In this document: positions 9,552 through 20,257 of the stretch, in pieces
Numbering within the stretch: the stretch's first letter is position 1
Layout: every line of letters starts with the position of its first letter
DNA from: Clostridium sp.
Lineage (GTDB): Bacteria; Bacillota; Clostridia; Clostridiales; Clostridiaceae
NCBI GenBank assembly: GCA_036657335.1
Contig: JAVXGR010000002.1
Span: 956 to 64,955, forward strand
Direction of reading: 5' to 3'
DNA length: 64,000 bases
Position numbers and translations under genes: made by a program
The notes under the pieces: generated by a model
What the model was told of the DNA's origin: nothing
Seen by the model: only the letters and a program-made list of their open reading frames with translations
Database searches by the model: none

Positions 9552-12548
9552 ATGAAAAAACTTGACAGCATATTTAAAAGAGTTTTTACTAAAGAACTAG
9601 AAAATACAGAGGATTTAACTGTTTTTGATTTATTTAAATGGAAAAAGGTTGACGTACTTTTAAAAGATCACAAAAGCGGAAATATACTAGTGGATATGAA
9701 GAATTTAGAGTTTCCTATTGAATACTCTCAAAACGCCTGTGATATAATAGCTTCTAAATATTTTAGAAAAGCTGGTGTGAACAATGAATCTGGCTGCGAA
9801 AACAGTCTTAGAATGATAGCTAATAGATTAGTTAACTTTTGGTCAGAAGCCTTGATAGATGAAGGTATTATTGAAACTCCTGAAGAAAAAACTATTTTTT
9901 ATGATGAAATGGTTTATGCTTTTTTAAAACAAATGTATGCTCCCAATTCACCTCAATGGTTTAATACAGGGCTTAAGCTATCATATGGTATATCTGGTAA
10001 TCCAAATAATAATTATTATTATGATTGCAAAGAAAATACCGTTAAAAAATGTGATGACTTTTACTCAAGAACTCAAGCCTCTGCATGTTTTATACTTTCT
10101 ATAGAGGATAAACTTTTAGGTGATCACTCTATATCGGAACAATTTGTAACTGAAACAAAGTTATTTAAAGGTGGTTCTGGTACAGGTACGAATTTCTCTA
10201 ATATTAGAGCTATTGGTGAAAGATTATCTGGTGGTGGTTTTTCTTCAGGATTAATGAGCTTTTTAAAGTCCTTTGATAGAAATGCTGGTGCTATTAAATC
10301 TGGTGGTACAACTAGACGTGCTGCTAAGATGGTTATTCTTGATGTAGATCATCCTGAAATCATGGATTTCATGAAATGGAAGGCTAAGGAAGAGGATAAG
10401 GTTCGTGCTTTAGGTAAAATGGGCTATGAAATAGGTTTTGAAGGCGAAGCTTATGAAACTGTTTCAGGGCAAAATGGTAATAACTCCATTAGATTTTCTG
10501 ATGAATTCATGCAAAAGGTTAATGAATTAGATACCAATCCTAATGCCACTTTAGAACTTAAGGGTCGTGCCGATGATTCTGTAAATAAAACTTTGAAAAT
10601 TACAGATATTTGGAATAACTTTAATGAGTCTGCTTGGAAATGTGCTGATCCTGCTCCTCAGTTTGATGATACTTTTAATGCATGGCACACTTGTCCATGT
10701 GGGGAAGATGGGGTATTTAATGCTAAGTATAATAGAATAAATTCTACCAATCCTTGTGGAGAATATGCTTTCTTAGATGATACTGCCTGTAACTTGGCTT
10801 CAATTAATATATTTAAATTCTATGATACTACTAGGAAGACCTTTGATATGGATTCATATGTGCATTTAGTTGGACTTGTTCAATTAGCACTTGAAGCTTC
10901 TGTTCACTGGGGTAACTTCCCTACTGCTGATATTTGTAGAAAAACTCATTTGTTTAGAACTACAGGATTAGGTCTTGCTAATATTTCTTCTTTACTTATG
11001 GTTATGGGCTATGCTTATGATTCAGATGAAGCTAGAAACTTGACTGCTGCACTAGTTGGTACATTAACAGGAACTTCTTACTATGTATCTTCTTTAATAG
11101 CTGAAAAACTAAGTCCTTTTGAAAAATATGAACTAAATAAAGAGCATATGCTAAAAGTAATACGTAATCATTCAAGAGTTGCTGGTGCTTTAGATACTCC
11201 TTACGATGGACTAAACTACACACCTGTAGAAGTAAATCATGACTTGTTAAACTCTGAGGGCTTAGGAAATATAAGTTCTGCACTTGCTACTTCTTGGGTA
11301 AATGCTCTTAATCATGGTGAGGTCTATGGATATAGAAATGCACAGGTATCAGTTATTGCACCTACTGGAACTATTTCCTTTGCTATGGATTGTGGTGCTA
11401 CTTCAATCGAGCCATATTTCAGTCACATAGTTTATAAGAAGTTATCCGGTGGTGGATACATGACTATGGTTAACCCTGTTATTGAGCTTTCATTACAAAA
11501 TTTAGGATATAATGAAGAAGAAATCTCAGATATCATAGAATATGTTTCTAGAAAAGAAACTGTTAATGAGAATGGCTTTGAATACGAAAAAATAGTTGAT
11601 GGTAAAATAGAAGATGCTCCTCACTTAAAGAAGGAACATATCGCTATTTTTGATACTGCTAATAAATGCGGAAGTGGAAATAGATACATTGCCGCTAAGG
11701 GACACGTTTTAATGATGGCATCTATTACTCCTTTGATTTCTGGTGCTATTTCTAAAACTGTTAACCTTCCAAAGAATGCTACAATAAATGACTTTAAAAA
11801 GGTTGTCTTAGATTCTTGGAAATTAGGTGTTAAAGGCATCTCTTTATATAGAGACTCTTCTAAGGCTAGTCAACCTTTAAACAATACATTAAGTGAAAAT
11901 GAAGACTATAGGCTTGAAGATTTAAACTACAACGACTTACTTAATAAGGCTAAAGAGTTAAACTCCTCTAAATACTCTGAACGTGATAAACCTTTAGGTA
12001 TTAGAGTTGGCACAACTCATCCTGCACAAATAGATGATGTTAAAATCTACACCACTGTTAACAGAGGTGAAGATGGTAGGATATGTGAAATATATATAAC
12101 TACAGATAGAGAAGGTACAATTATATCAGGTTTACTTAATTCTTTATCAAAGTCTATTTCTGTTATGTTACAATATCATGTAGCTCCAAAGGATATAGCT
12201 AAGATGTTACGTGGACAAAAGTATGAACCCTATGGATTTGTACAAAGACACCCTTACATTAAAAATGTATCCTCAATATCTGATTTAATTAGTAAGGTAA
12301 TTGATATAGAAATTGGTGATTTTTCACGTTGTCAGATAAAGCCTGATACTTATAATCTACCAACAATGATTACTATTGATGCTGAATCTCCTATAGATTC
12401 AATAAACCCTTCTAATACCTCAGGTAAAAAAATAACAGGTGAAAGATTATATTCTGAGTTTTGTTCTTCATGTTCAAGTACAAAGTTAGTTAGAAATGGT
12501 ACTTGTAAAGTTTGTATGGATTGTGGCACTACTACTGGATGTAGCTAA
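9552..12548 (+). CDS. nrdJ: Class II (adenosylcobalamin-dependent) ribonucleotide reductase
   Basis: APNSPQWFN, QASACFI, GGTTRRAA, NSTNPCGEY, ACNLASIN and IAPTGTIS motifs; C-terminal TSCPD-like domain and Cys-rich Zn ribbon. Confidence 0.95.
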   Translation: MKKLDSIFKRVFTKELENTEDLTVFDLFKWKKVDVLLKDHKSGNILVDMKNLEFPIEYSQNACDIIASKYFRKAGVNNESGCENSLRMIANRLVNFWSEALIDEGIIETPEEKTIFYDEMVYAFLKQMYAPNSPQWFNTGLKLSYGISGNPNNNYYYDCKENTVKKCDDFYSRTQASACFILSIEDKLLGDHSISEQFVTETKLFKGGSGTGTNFSNIRAIGERLSGGGFSSGLMSFLKSFDRNAGAIKSGGTTRRAAKMVILDVDHPEIMDFMKWKAKEEDKVRALGKMGYEIGFEGEAYETVSGQNGNNSIRFSDEFMQKVNELDTNPNATLELKGRADDSVNKTLKITDIWNNFNESAWKCADPAPQFDDTFNAWHTCPCGEDGVFNAKYNRINSTNPCGEYAFLDDTACNLASINIFKFYDTTRKTFDMDSYVHLVGLVQLALEASVHWGNFPTADICRKTHLFRTTGLGLANISSLLMVMGYAYDSDEARNLTAALVGTLTGTSYYVSSLIAEKLSPFEKYELNKEHMLKVIRNHSRVAGALDTPYDGLNYTPVEVNHDLLNSEGLGNISSALATSWVNALNHGEVYGYRNAQVSVIAPTGTISFAMDCGATSIEPYFSHIVYKKLSGGGYMTMVNPVIELSLQNLGYNEEEISDIIEYVSRKETVNENGFEYEKIVDGKIEDAPHLKKEHIAIFDTANKCGSGNRYIAAKGHVLMMASITPLISGAISKTVNLPKNATINDFKKVVLDSWKLGVKGISLYRDSSKASQPLNNTLSENEDYRLEDLNYNDLLNKAKELNSSKYSERDKPLGIRVGTTHPAQIDDVKIYTTVNRGEDGRICEIYITTDREGTIISGLLNSLSKSISVMLQYHVAPKDIAKMLRGQKYEPYGFVQRHPYIKNVSSISDLISKVIDIEIGDFSRCQIKPDTYNLPTMITIDAESPIDSINPSNTSGKKITGERLYSEFCSSCSSTKLVRNGTCKVCMDCGTTTGCS

Positions 12549-12555
12549 ATAAATT

Positions 12556-12598
12556 AAAAAATCACTGATGAAATATTTTAAATTCATCAGTGATTTTT
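12556..12598. terminator. Bidirectional intrinsic terminator
   Basis: AAAAATCACTGATGAA...TTCATCAGTGATTTTT between convergent genes. Confidence 0.8.
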
Positions 12599-12629
12599 AT
12601 TCGTGTCTAAATATTAATTTATACTATTA

Positions 12630-12998
12630 TTATTTGGATGCTCTGTTTTTCTTAGCTTTTGGTTTTATAATATCTTTTTTTCTATTAACTTGTTTTATGT
12701 ATTTATTTTGCTTCATTCTGGCTTTGTCTTTTGTCTTATTATCAAACCAATTAAATAAACCACAAAGATCAATAAACCATAAAAACAATACTACATATAT
12801 AGCTGGAAATACATACTTAGCTACTATACCATTAGGATCTAATCCTATTAAACCTGGCAGGAATGCAACAATTAAAGTCAAGGCTAAAACAATCCATTTA
12901 TTAATCTTAACTTTATCTAAGACATACTCCTTTAACAAAGAAAATACTATAAATCCAATAATTGAAAAAATCAATATAAATCCTATCTGTTTTAACAT
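12630..12998 (-). CDS. Small membrane protein with a basic C-terminal tail
   Basis: Three hydrophobic segments, Lys-rich tail, GAAAGGA SD upstream. Confidence 0.75.
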   Translation of the reverse strand: MLKQIGFILIFSIIGFIVFSLLKEYVLDKVKINKWIVLALTLIVAFLPGLIGLDPNGIVAKYVFPAIYVVLFLWFIDLCGLFNWFDNKTKDKARMKQNKYIKQVNRKKDIIKPKAKKNRASK

Positions 12999-13171
12999 AT
13001 ATATATTCCTTTCTAAAGTTACTTTTTAAAGGTATTGTATATATACTTTACATCATTGTCAATAGTATCTAAAAATATAGTACTTTAATTTCAATGATTA
13101 GAGCGTTACGGATAGATATTTTAAGAATTTTCTGTTAATTACATAATTGAAAGTTTTGTGATAAAATATTA

Positions 13172-13253
13172 CTGGGTAGTATCTGTAAGGAACTGCACCT
13201 CAATTGTTTATATATAATTTTATTCATTGCTTACATCGTAAGAGTAAGACAAT
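13172..13253 (+). ncRNA. pan RNA motif-like leader (tandem bulged hairpins)
   Basis: Two stem-loops with GTAA-containing loops and bulged residues (GGTAGTATCTGTAAGGAACTGCACC; TTGCTTACATCGTAAGAGTAAGACAA), directly upstream of the pantothenate operon. Confidence 0.6.
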
Positions 13254-13293
13254 ATTTTAGGCGTAGTTAAATATTATCTTGGTGGTGATATTT

Positions 13294-14157
13294 TTGAAAA
13301 TTGGTTTTATAGGAGCTGGTAAAGTAGGTTTTAGTCTAGGTAAATACTTCACAATGAACAATATTGAAGTATCTGGCTACTACAGCAAGACTCTGAAAAG
13401 TGCACAAGAAGCTGCACGATTTACCAATTCACAGTTTTATTATAATTTAGTAGATTTTTTAAATGACACAGACTTTATTCTTATAACTACACCTGATGAC
13501 CTTATTAATACTGTATGGAATGTTCTAAAAACACACTGCATTAAAGGCAAAATCATATGTCATTGTAGTGGGTCATTGTCATCTGAAGTTTTTTCAGACA
13601 TAAACAATTTAGGAGCTTTTGGCTATTCACTTCATGCCATGTACGCCTTTTCAGACAAATATACTTCCTATAAAAATTTAAACTCAGCATATTTTTCCCT
13701 TGAAGGAGATTCTAAGTATATAACTTATATCGAATCTCTTATGAAAACTCTAGGCAACGAGATTATTATTATTCAAAAAGAGAAAAAATATCTATATCAT
13801 TTAGCTAGCGTTACAGTTGCTAACTTAACTCTAGCACTTTTATCCACAGGTGTGGATTATTTAAGCCTTTGTAATGTTGATAAAGCTACTGCTTTAAAAG
13901 CCTTATTACCTCTTATAAAGAATAATATAAATAACATCGAAGAAAAAGGCTTTGTAAAAGCTGTTACAGGTCCTGTGGAAAGAAATGACTTAGGTACAAT
14001 AGCTAAGCATTTGGCTGTTATACCAAATGAAGATATTCCCTTGTATAATATACTATCAAATAAACTGGTGAAATTATGCAAAGTTAAAAATTCTGATAAA
14101 GATTATTCTTATTTAGAAAACTATTTAGGAGGATGTGACGATGAAAAATACAGTTAG
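13294..14157 (+). CDS. Rossmann-like + DUF2520 oxidoreductase (PanG-like ketopantoate reductase candidate)
   Basis: [26 protein letters not shown] and TGPVERND motifs; first gene of the pan operon. TTG start at 13294 chosen from the GGTGGTG SD. Confidence 0.8.
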   Translation: MKIGFIGAGKVGFSLGKYFTMNNIEVSGYYSKTLKSAQEAARFTNSQFYYNLVDFLNDTDFILITTPDDLINTVWNVLKTHCIKGKIICHCSGSLSSEVFSDINNLGAFGYSLHAMYAFSDKYTSYKNLNSAYFSLEGDSKYITYIESLMKTLGNEIIIIQKEKKYLYHLASVTVANLTLALLSTGVDYLSLCNVDKATALKALLPLIKNNINNIEEKGFVKAVTGPVERNDLGTIAKHLAVIPNEDIPLYNILSNKLVKLCKVKNSDKDYSYLENYLGGCDDEKYS

Positions 14158-14968
14158 TACATTTTTAAATTCAAAAAACAAGAATGAAAAATTAACCATG
14201 CTTACTGCCTATGATTATTCTATGGCAAAGCTTTTTGATGGTTCTGGAATAAACGGTATCTTAGTAGGTGACTCTGTAGGAATGGTTTGTCTTGGCTATA
14301 AGGATACCTTAAGTGTAACTATGGAAGATATGATACACCATACTAAGGCTGTTGTAAAAGGCTGTGAAAACTCTTTAGTTGTCAGTGATATGCCCTTTAT
14401 GTCCTATCAAACATCCGTTTATGATGCAGTTAAAAATGCTGGTAGATTAATTAAAGAGACCGGTGCTCACGCTGTTAAACTTGAGGGTGGGGCTTCAGTT
14501 TCTGAACAAGTAGAGGCTATTGTAAGAGCCCAAATACCTGTTATGGGTCATATAGGATTAACTCCTCAATCTGTAAATGTCTTCGGTGGGTTTAAAATTC
14601 AGGGTAAAAGTGAAGATGCTGCCAAAAATCTCATTGAGGATGCTAAAATTTTAGAGAAAGCAGGTGTTTTTGCTATTGTTTTAGAGTGCATCCCATACAA
14701 ACTGGCTGAAATTATTTCCAAATCTATTTCTGTGCCTACTATAGGCATCGGTGCTGGAGTTGGATGTGATGGTCAAATTTTAGTTTATCAAGATATGTTA
14801 AACATGTTCTCAGACTTCAAACCAAAGTTTGTTAAGACCTTTGCTAATGTGGGAGATTTAATTAAAGAGGGTGTACATTCTTATATAAAAGAAGTAAATG
14901 AAGGAATTTTTCCTTCTGAGGAACATGGTTTTAAAATAGATGAAGAAGTATTTAAAAAATTATATTAA
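14141..14968 (+). CDS. panB: 3-methyl-2-oxobutanoate hydroxymethyltransferase
   Basis: [33 protein letters not shown] motifs; AGGAGGA SD. Confidence 0.97.
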   Translation: MKNTVSTFLNSKNKNEKLTMLTAYDYSMAKLFDGSGINGILVGDSVGMVCLGYKDTLSVTMEDMIHHTKAVVKGCENSLVVSDMPFMSYQTSVYDAVKNAGRLIKETGAHAVKLEGGASVSEQVEAIVRAQIPVMGHIGLTPQSVNVFGGFKIQGKSEDAAKNLIEDAKILEKAGVFAIVLECIPYKLAEIISKSISVPTIGIGAGVGCDGQILVYQDMLNMFSDFKPKFVKTFANVGDLIKEGVHSYIKEVNEGIFPSEEHGFKIDEEVFKKLY

Positions 14969-15033
14969 TTTCATATTTATATATATATACTTAAAATAGG
15001 CTTTATATATAGCTCTTAAATTGTTCTTTACTG

Positions 15034-15078
15034 TACACATGTTAATTATTCTATAATAAAGAATAATTAACATGTGTA
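15034..15078. repeat. Perfect 19-bp inverted repeat in the panB-panC spacer
   Basis: TACACATGTTAATTATTCT-7 nt-AGAATAATTAACATGTGTA. Confidence 0.85.
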
Positions 15079-15149
15079 AACTCAAATACATATATTAGCC
15101 TGTTTATAATTTATTTGAAAGGAAGTGAAGCTGCTATAGCAGCTAAAAT

Positions 15150-15992
15150 ATGGACACTACTACCACTATTAATACTATTAGAAACAAAGTTAAAGCTTGG
15201 CATAAAAAGGGGCTCTCTGTAGGCTTTGTACCTACTATGGGATATTTACATGAAGGTCATATGAGTCTTATTGAAAAAGCCTCAAAGGAAAATGATAAAG
15301 TTATTGTCAGTATTTTTGTTAATCCTACTCAATTTGGACCAAATGAAGACTTAGAAAATTATCCAAGGGATTTAAATAAAGATATTCAAACATGCGAAAA
15401 AAGTGGCGCTGATCTATTATTTTTACCTGAGGTTTCCGAAATGTATTTTGAAGATAAAGCTACCTCTGTATCAGTTAGTGGTTTAACTAAGCTTTTATGT
15501 GGCGAAAAAAGACCGTGCCACTTTAATGGTGTATGCCTAGTTCTTACCAAATTATTTAATATAGTAAATCCTGATAAAGCTTATTTCGGTGAAAAAGATG
15601 CTCAACAGTTAGCCGTTATAAAAAGATTTGTTAGAGATTTAAACTTTGACATCGAAATAATAGGTTGTCCTATAGTTAGAGAATGTGATGGTCTTGCTAA
15701 AAGTTCAAGAAATACATATCTTTCTATAGAAGAAAGAAAAGCAGCCCTAATTTTAAGTAAAAGTTTAAATAAGGCCAGAGAGTTCTTGAAAAATGGTGAG
15801 ACTTCTTCTGACTCTATTAAAAACATTATAATTGAATCTATTTCTACTGAATCCTTAGCCAAAATAGATTATGTTGAAGTTGTTGATAGCTTGTCTCTTG
15901 AAAGAGTAGGTAGTACAATTAAAGCTCCTATTCTTGTTGCCATAGCAGTTTATATTGGTACAACTAGATTAATAGATAACTTTACATATTAG
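15150..15992 (+). CDS. panC: Pantoate--beta-alanine ligase
   Basis: [42 protein letters not shown] motifs. Confidence 0.97.
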   Translation: MDTTTTINTIRNKVKAWHKKGLSVGFVPTMGYLHEGHMSLIEKASKENDKVIVSIFVNPTQFGPNEDLENYPRDLNKDIQTCEKSGADLLFLPEVSEMYFEDKATSVSVSGLTKLLCGEKRPCHFNGVCLVLTKLFNIVNPDKAYFGEKDAQQLAVIKRFVRDLNFDIEIIGCPIVRECDGLAKSSRNTYLSIEERKAALILSKSLNKAREFLKNGETSSDSIKNIIIESISTESLAKIDYVEVVDSLSLERVGSTIKAPILVAIAVYIGTTRLIDNFTY

Positions 15993-16005
15993 GGGGAAAC
16001 TTATA

Positions 16006-16389
16006 ATGAAACTATCAATGTTAAAATCAAAAATTCATAGAGCAACTATTACTGAAGCTAAATTAGATTATGTTGGAAGTATAACTATAGATGAAGAACT
16101 ATTAAGGGCTTCTGGCATATTAGAATATGAAAAAGTACAAATTGTAGATATTGATAATGGAAGCAGATTAGAAACCTATACAATTGCTGGTAAATACGGT
16201 AGTGGAATTATCTGTTTAAATGGAGCTGCTGCAAGACTTGTGCAACCTAATGATAAAATTATAATAATGTCATATGCTGATATGGAACTTGAAGAGGCAA
16301 AAATTTATAAACCTACTGTAGTTTTTGTAAATCCTGATAACTCCATTAAAGAGATTTGTCATTATGAACAACATGGTGAAGTTAAATAA
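16006..16389 (+). CDS. panD: Aspartate 1-decarboxylase
   Basis: [18 protein letters not shown] (Gly-Ser cleavage site), NGAAARL. Confidence 0.97.
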   Translation: MKLSMLKSKIHRATITEAKLDYVGSITIDEELLRASGILEYEKVQIVDIDNGSRLETYTIAGKYGSGIICLNGAAARLVQPNDKIIIMSYADMELEEAKIYKPTVVFVNPDNSIKEICHYEQHGEVK

Positions 16390-16458
16390 ATTTTACTCAT
16401 ATTTTTAAAATAACTGTAAATACTAATCACATAACCTAATAAAAGGAGATGTGTTACT

Positions 16459-16671
16459 ATGAAAACATTAGATATTATTGTTCTTTTAATTGTCATAATA
16501 GGTGCTATTAATTGGGGGCTAATAGGTTTCTTTGGATTCAATTTAGTTTCAGCTTTATTTGGTAGTATGACTATGTTTAGTAGAGTTATTTATGGTTTAG
16601 TTGGAATAGGTGGTTTATATTCACTATCCTTCCTTGGAAGAATAAATTCTAATAGTGAAGATGTAAAATAA
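16459..16671 (+). CDS. DUF378 small membrane protein
   Basis: IIGAINWGLIG and RVIYGLVG motifs; AAGGAG SD. Confidence 0.88.
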   Translation: MKTLDIIVLLIVIIGAINWGLIGFFGFNLVSALFGSMTMFSRVIYGLVGIGGLYSLSFLGRINSNSEDVK

Positions 16672-16674
16672 TAT

Positions 16675-16712
16675 AAATCTCCCCCTCTTATAATTTTATA
16701 AGAGGGATTTTT
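16675..16712 (+). terminator. Intrinsic terminator
   Basis: CCCTCTTATA...TATAAGAGGG followed by a T tract. Confidence 0.7.
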
Positions 16713-16804
16713 ATTGCTTTGCAAATAACTATATTACACATAACTACTCTATTTGTAATGTTTTATATACTATTTTTATTAATTTACACTAAAGGAGATA
16801 TTGA

Positions 16805-18259
16805 ATGTTAAAAGATATTTGTACTAATAACAACTTCGGAAACCTTATAAATGGTAGATGGGTTAAATCTAGTAGGACTATTGAGATATATAATCCACTT
16901 GATAACTCTTTAATAGGCTCTGTTCCAGCTATGAGTAAAGACGAAATAGATACAGTACTTAAATCCTCGAAAAATGCACAGAGGTCTTGGTCTGAAACTT
17001 CTGTTAGCGAAAGAGCCGCTATTCTTTACAAGGTTGCTGAACTCTTAGAAGAAAACAAAGAATGTCTCTCTGATATATTGATGAAGGAAATCTGCAAGGA
17101 TAAGAAATCTTGTTTATCTGAAATAACCAGAACTGCTACCTTTATAAAATTTACTGCTGATGCTGCAAAACATTTAGATGGAGAAGTAATTTATGCTGAT
17201 AGTTTTCCTGGTTCTGCAAAAAATAAAACTTCATTTGTTACAAGGGTTCCTTTAGGAGTTATTTTAGCAATTTCTCCTTTTAATTACCCTATTAACTTAT
17301 CTGCATCAAAGATTGCTCCCGCCATAATGGGTGGCAATTCTGTTGTACTAAAGCCCCCAACACAAGGCTCCTTAAGTGCCCTTCACCTTTGTCATATTTT
17401 CTGCCTTGCTGGTCTTCCCGATGGAGTCTTAAATACTATTACAGGAAAGGGTTCCGAAATTGGAGACTATATAGTTACCCATAAGGATGTTAACTTTATA
17501 AACTTTACCGGAAGCACTGAGATTGGAAGTCATATTGCAAAAATTTCTGGTATGATTCCCTTGCTTATGGAACTTGGTGGTAAAGATGCAGCCATAGTTT
17601 TAGATGATGCTGATATAAGTAGAGCTGTAAAAGAAATCGTTTCTGGTGCCTTTAGTTATTCTGGTCAAAGATGTACAGCAATTAAAAGAGTTTTAGTTAT
17701 GGATTCAATAGCAGATGTATTTAGTAAAGAACTTACTAATGAAGTTAAAAAACTTAAAATTGGTAATCCAGATGAGGAGGGCGTAATTATAACACCTCTA
17801 ATTGATAATAACTCTGCTGATTTTGTTGAATCTTTAATAGAAGATGCAATATCTAAAAATGCTACAGAATTAGTTAAATATAAACGGAATAATAATTTAC
17901 TCTCCCCTTCTTTATTAGGTCATGTAAGCCTAGATATGAAAATAGCTTGGGAAGAGCCCTTTGGACCCGTGCTTCCCATAATAAAAATTTCATCTATTGC
18001 TGAAGCAATTGATATATGTAACAAAAGTAACTATGGACTTCAATCCTCAGTGTTTACTCGTAATATTGATTCTGCATTTTTTATTGCTTCTAAGCTAGAG
18101 GTTGGAACTGTACATATTAATACAAAAACAGAAAGGGGACCTGATAACTTTCCCTTTGGAGGTGTTAAAGATTCTGGCATAGGAACCCAAGGAATTAAAT
18201 ATAGTATAGAGGCTATGACAAGACCTAAATCTACAAACATAACCATACATACACTATAA
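16805..18259 (+). CDS. gapN: Non-phosphorylating NADP-dependent glyceraldehyde-3-phosphate dehydrogenase
   Basis: ISPFNYPINL, KPPTQGS, FTGST, MELGGKD, SGQRCTA, EEPFGP and RGPDNFPF motifs. Confidence 0.92.
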   Translation: MLKDICTNNNFGNLINGRWVKSSRTIEIYNPLDNSLIGSVPAMSKDEIDTVLKSSKNAQRSWSETSVSERAAILYKVAELLEENKECLSDILMKEICKDKKSCLSEITRTATFIKFTADAAKHLDGEVIYADSFPGSAKNKTSFVTRVPLGVILAISPFNYPINLSASKIAPAIMGGNSVVLKPPTQGSLSALHLCHIFCLAGLPDGVLNTITGKGSEIGDYIVTHKDVNFINFTGSTEIGSHIAKISGMIPLLMELGGKDAAIVLDDADISRAVKEIVSGAFSYSGQRCTAIKRVLVMDSIADVFSKELTNEVKKLKIGNPDEEGVIITPLIDNNSADFVESLIEDAISKNATELVKYKRNNNLLSPSLLGHVSLDMKIAWEEPFGPVLPIIKISSIAEAIDICNKSNYGLQSSVFTRNIDSAFFIASKLEVGTVHINTKTERGPDNFPFGGVKDSGIGTQGIKYSIEAMTRPKSTNITIHTL

Positions 18260-18319
18260 AAAAAACAAATAAAGATATAAGAATATGCTTTACTCTTATA
18301 TCTTTATTGTACTTAAGAT

Positions 18320-19057
18320 TTATTTACCATCTAAGAATTTTTCTTTATTCTCTCTTACTACATCTTCTATAATCTCATGTATTCTATTTTTATCTTCCTT
18401 TTCCATCTCCTTAGGGTAAATAGCTTTGCCTATATAAATCTTTATTTCTTCAGGTGTTCTATTTAAAACCTTATTATTTCCCTCAAATACTTTATAGCTT
18501 CCCTCTATACTTATAGGTATAATTGGTACCTCTGCCTTTAAGGCTAGCTTTAAGCTACCCTTTTTAAAGCTTCCTATTTCGCTTCCATTGCTTCTTGTAC
18601 CCTCTGGAAATATAGCCATTGAGTGACCTGCCTTTAAATATTCACTTGCCTTTATAATACTTTTTAAGCCTTCTCTAGGGTTTTCTCTATCTAAAAAAAC
18701 TGAACCTATTTCCTTCATCCAATAAGGCAATATTGGCAACTTCTGTAATTCTTTTTTAGCTACAAATCCAAAGCTAGTATTTATAGCTATACATAAAGCC
18801 GGTATATCAAAATTGCTTTGATGATTACTTGCAAATAAACAAGTTTCATCAATTATATTTTCTTCACCATATACCTTCACAGTTATTTTAGCAATGTTTA
18901 ATATTTCTGTTGACCATATTTTAAGCTTATGGATTAAAAACTTTTCTGCTTCTTTTTCATCACGAGCTTTTAACTTTTTATATTTATTTTTATTTAAATT
19001 TGATCTTACAGTAACATACCCCATTTTAGCAAAGGGCATAATATCTTTTGCTTTCAT
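18320..19057 (-). CDS. plsC: 1-acyl-sn-glycerol-3-phosphate acyltransferase
   Basis: NHQSNFD (HX4D), FVAKKEL, IFPEGTRS; ATG 19057 after AAGGAAGG. Confidence 0.9.
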   Translation of the reverse strand: MKAKDIMPFAKMGYVTVRSNLNKNKYKKLKARDEKEAEKFLIHKLKIWSTEILNIAKITVKVYGEENIIDETCLFASNHQSNFDIPALCIAINTSFGFVAKKELQKLPILPYWMKEIGSVFLDRENPREGLKSIIKASEYLKAGHSMAIFPEGTRSNGSEIGSFKKGSLKLALKAEVPIIPISIEGSYKVFEGNNKVLNRTPEEIKIYIGKAIYPKEMEKEDKNRIHEIIEDVVRENKEKFLDGK

Positions 19058-19242
19058 AGTAATTCCTTCCTTAATAATAAATACTATTATTAAAATTATT
19101 ATCAAAATCATTATACAATTTTATACCTATAATTTCAATAAAACTATTTCCTGAGAAATAGGCAGAATACTGTTATTTAAAGTAATATTTTCTATATCTT
19201 ATGTCAATAATTCAATATACTATGTTTTTAGGAGTGATTTAT

Positions 19243-20094
19243 TTGAAAAAACTTAATATTAAACTTTTCTTTATTATATTATGCTTAATTCTATGCACTA
19301 ATGCCACTTCATGCTTTAGCTCTGTACCTTCATTAAATCCAAATGAACTTAGAGTACATTATATAGATGTTGGGCAAGGTGATTCTCAATTAATTCAATT
19401 TAACAACAAAACAATGCTAATAGATGCTGGTCCTGATGATAAAAGTAGCTATATACTTAAATATCTAAGATCAAATAATGTTAAAACTATAGATTATATA
19501 ATTGCAACACATCCTCATGAGGACCATATAGGTTCAATGGATGAAATTTTAAATAAATTTAAGGTTCATAGATTTTATATGCCTAAGGTAACTGAAGATA
19601 GTAAAAGCTTCGATGATATGACTATAGCCTTAGATAACTCTAATGCCAAGGTTTTAGAAGCAAAATCCGGTGTGAATTTCAATCTTGACAATGAGGTTAC
19701 TGCAAATATATTATCTCCCAATAGCTCCAATTACGAGGATTTAAATAACTATTCCGCTGTTGTAAAGTTAAACTTTAAAAATACCTCTTTTTTGTTTACT
19801 GGAGATGCTGAAGAACTTAGCGAGAATGAAATTTTAAACACTGATTATAATATATGCTCCCAAGTTTTAAAAGTAGGTCATCATGGTAGCAATAGTTCTA
19901 CTTCCCTTGAATTTCTTCAAGGTGTTAATCCTGCTATGGCTATAATATCCTGTGGTGTTGGCAACAGCTATGGTCATCCAACAGAGGAAATTTTAAATAG
20001 ATTAAAGGATCTAAAAATCAAGACTTTAAGGACTGATAAGGAGGGCACTATAATTATTAGTAGTGATGGTTCTAATATCTATAAACTTAAATAA
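19243..20094 (+). CDS. Exported ComEC/Rec2-like metallo-beta-lactamase-fold hydrolase
   Basis: IDVGQGDS, THPHEDHIG, FTGDAE, KVGHHGS, YGHP motifs; signal peptide; TTG start after AGGAGTG. Confidence 0.88.
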   Translation: MKKLNIKLFFIILCLILCTNATSCFSSVPSLNPNELRVHYIDVGQGDSQLIQFNNKTMLIDAGPDDKSSYILKYLRSNNVKTIDYIIATHPHEDHIGSMDEILNKFKVHRFYMPKVTEDSKSFDDMTIALDNSNAKVLEAKSGVNFNLDNEVTANILSPNSSNYEDLNNYSAVVKLNFKNTSFLFTGDAEELSENEILNTDYNICSQVLKVGHHGSNSSTSLEFLQGVNPAMAIISCGVGNSYGHPTEEILNRLKDLKIKTLRTDKEGTIIISSDGSNIYKLK

Positions 20095-20257
20095 ATTATC
20101 TATCTATATTCTTAAAAGAATTTCATTTATTGAATCTAGATATTCTAGTGTAACTAAAACTCAGCTTTATAATAATAAAAATACCTATAGAGTAGATATT
20201 TAAAAACATCCTTACTCTATAAGTATTTCTCATTATTTTTACTTCATATATATTTTA

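Noticed and set aside
9506-9568. Out-of-frame GTG uORF overlapping the nrdJ start
   Set aside because: The GTG is part of the SD itself and has no upstream SD of its own.
9552-12548. Intein or intron in nrdJ
   Set aside because: The ORF is continuous with normal motif order; no intein splice motifs seen.
12568-13029. 153-aa plus-strand ORF
   Set aside because: Starts inside the terminator and is antisense to the better-supported membrane protein gene.
19151-19170. Partial match (GAGAAATAGG) to the predicted omegaRNA guide
   Set aside because: Only a 10-nt match, mismatched in the TAM-proximal part and with no ATAAA TAM; expected by chance in AT-rich DNA.
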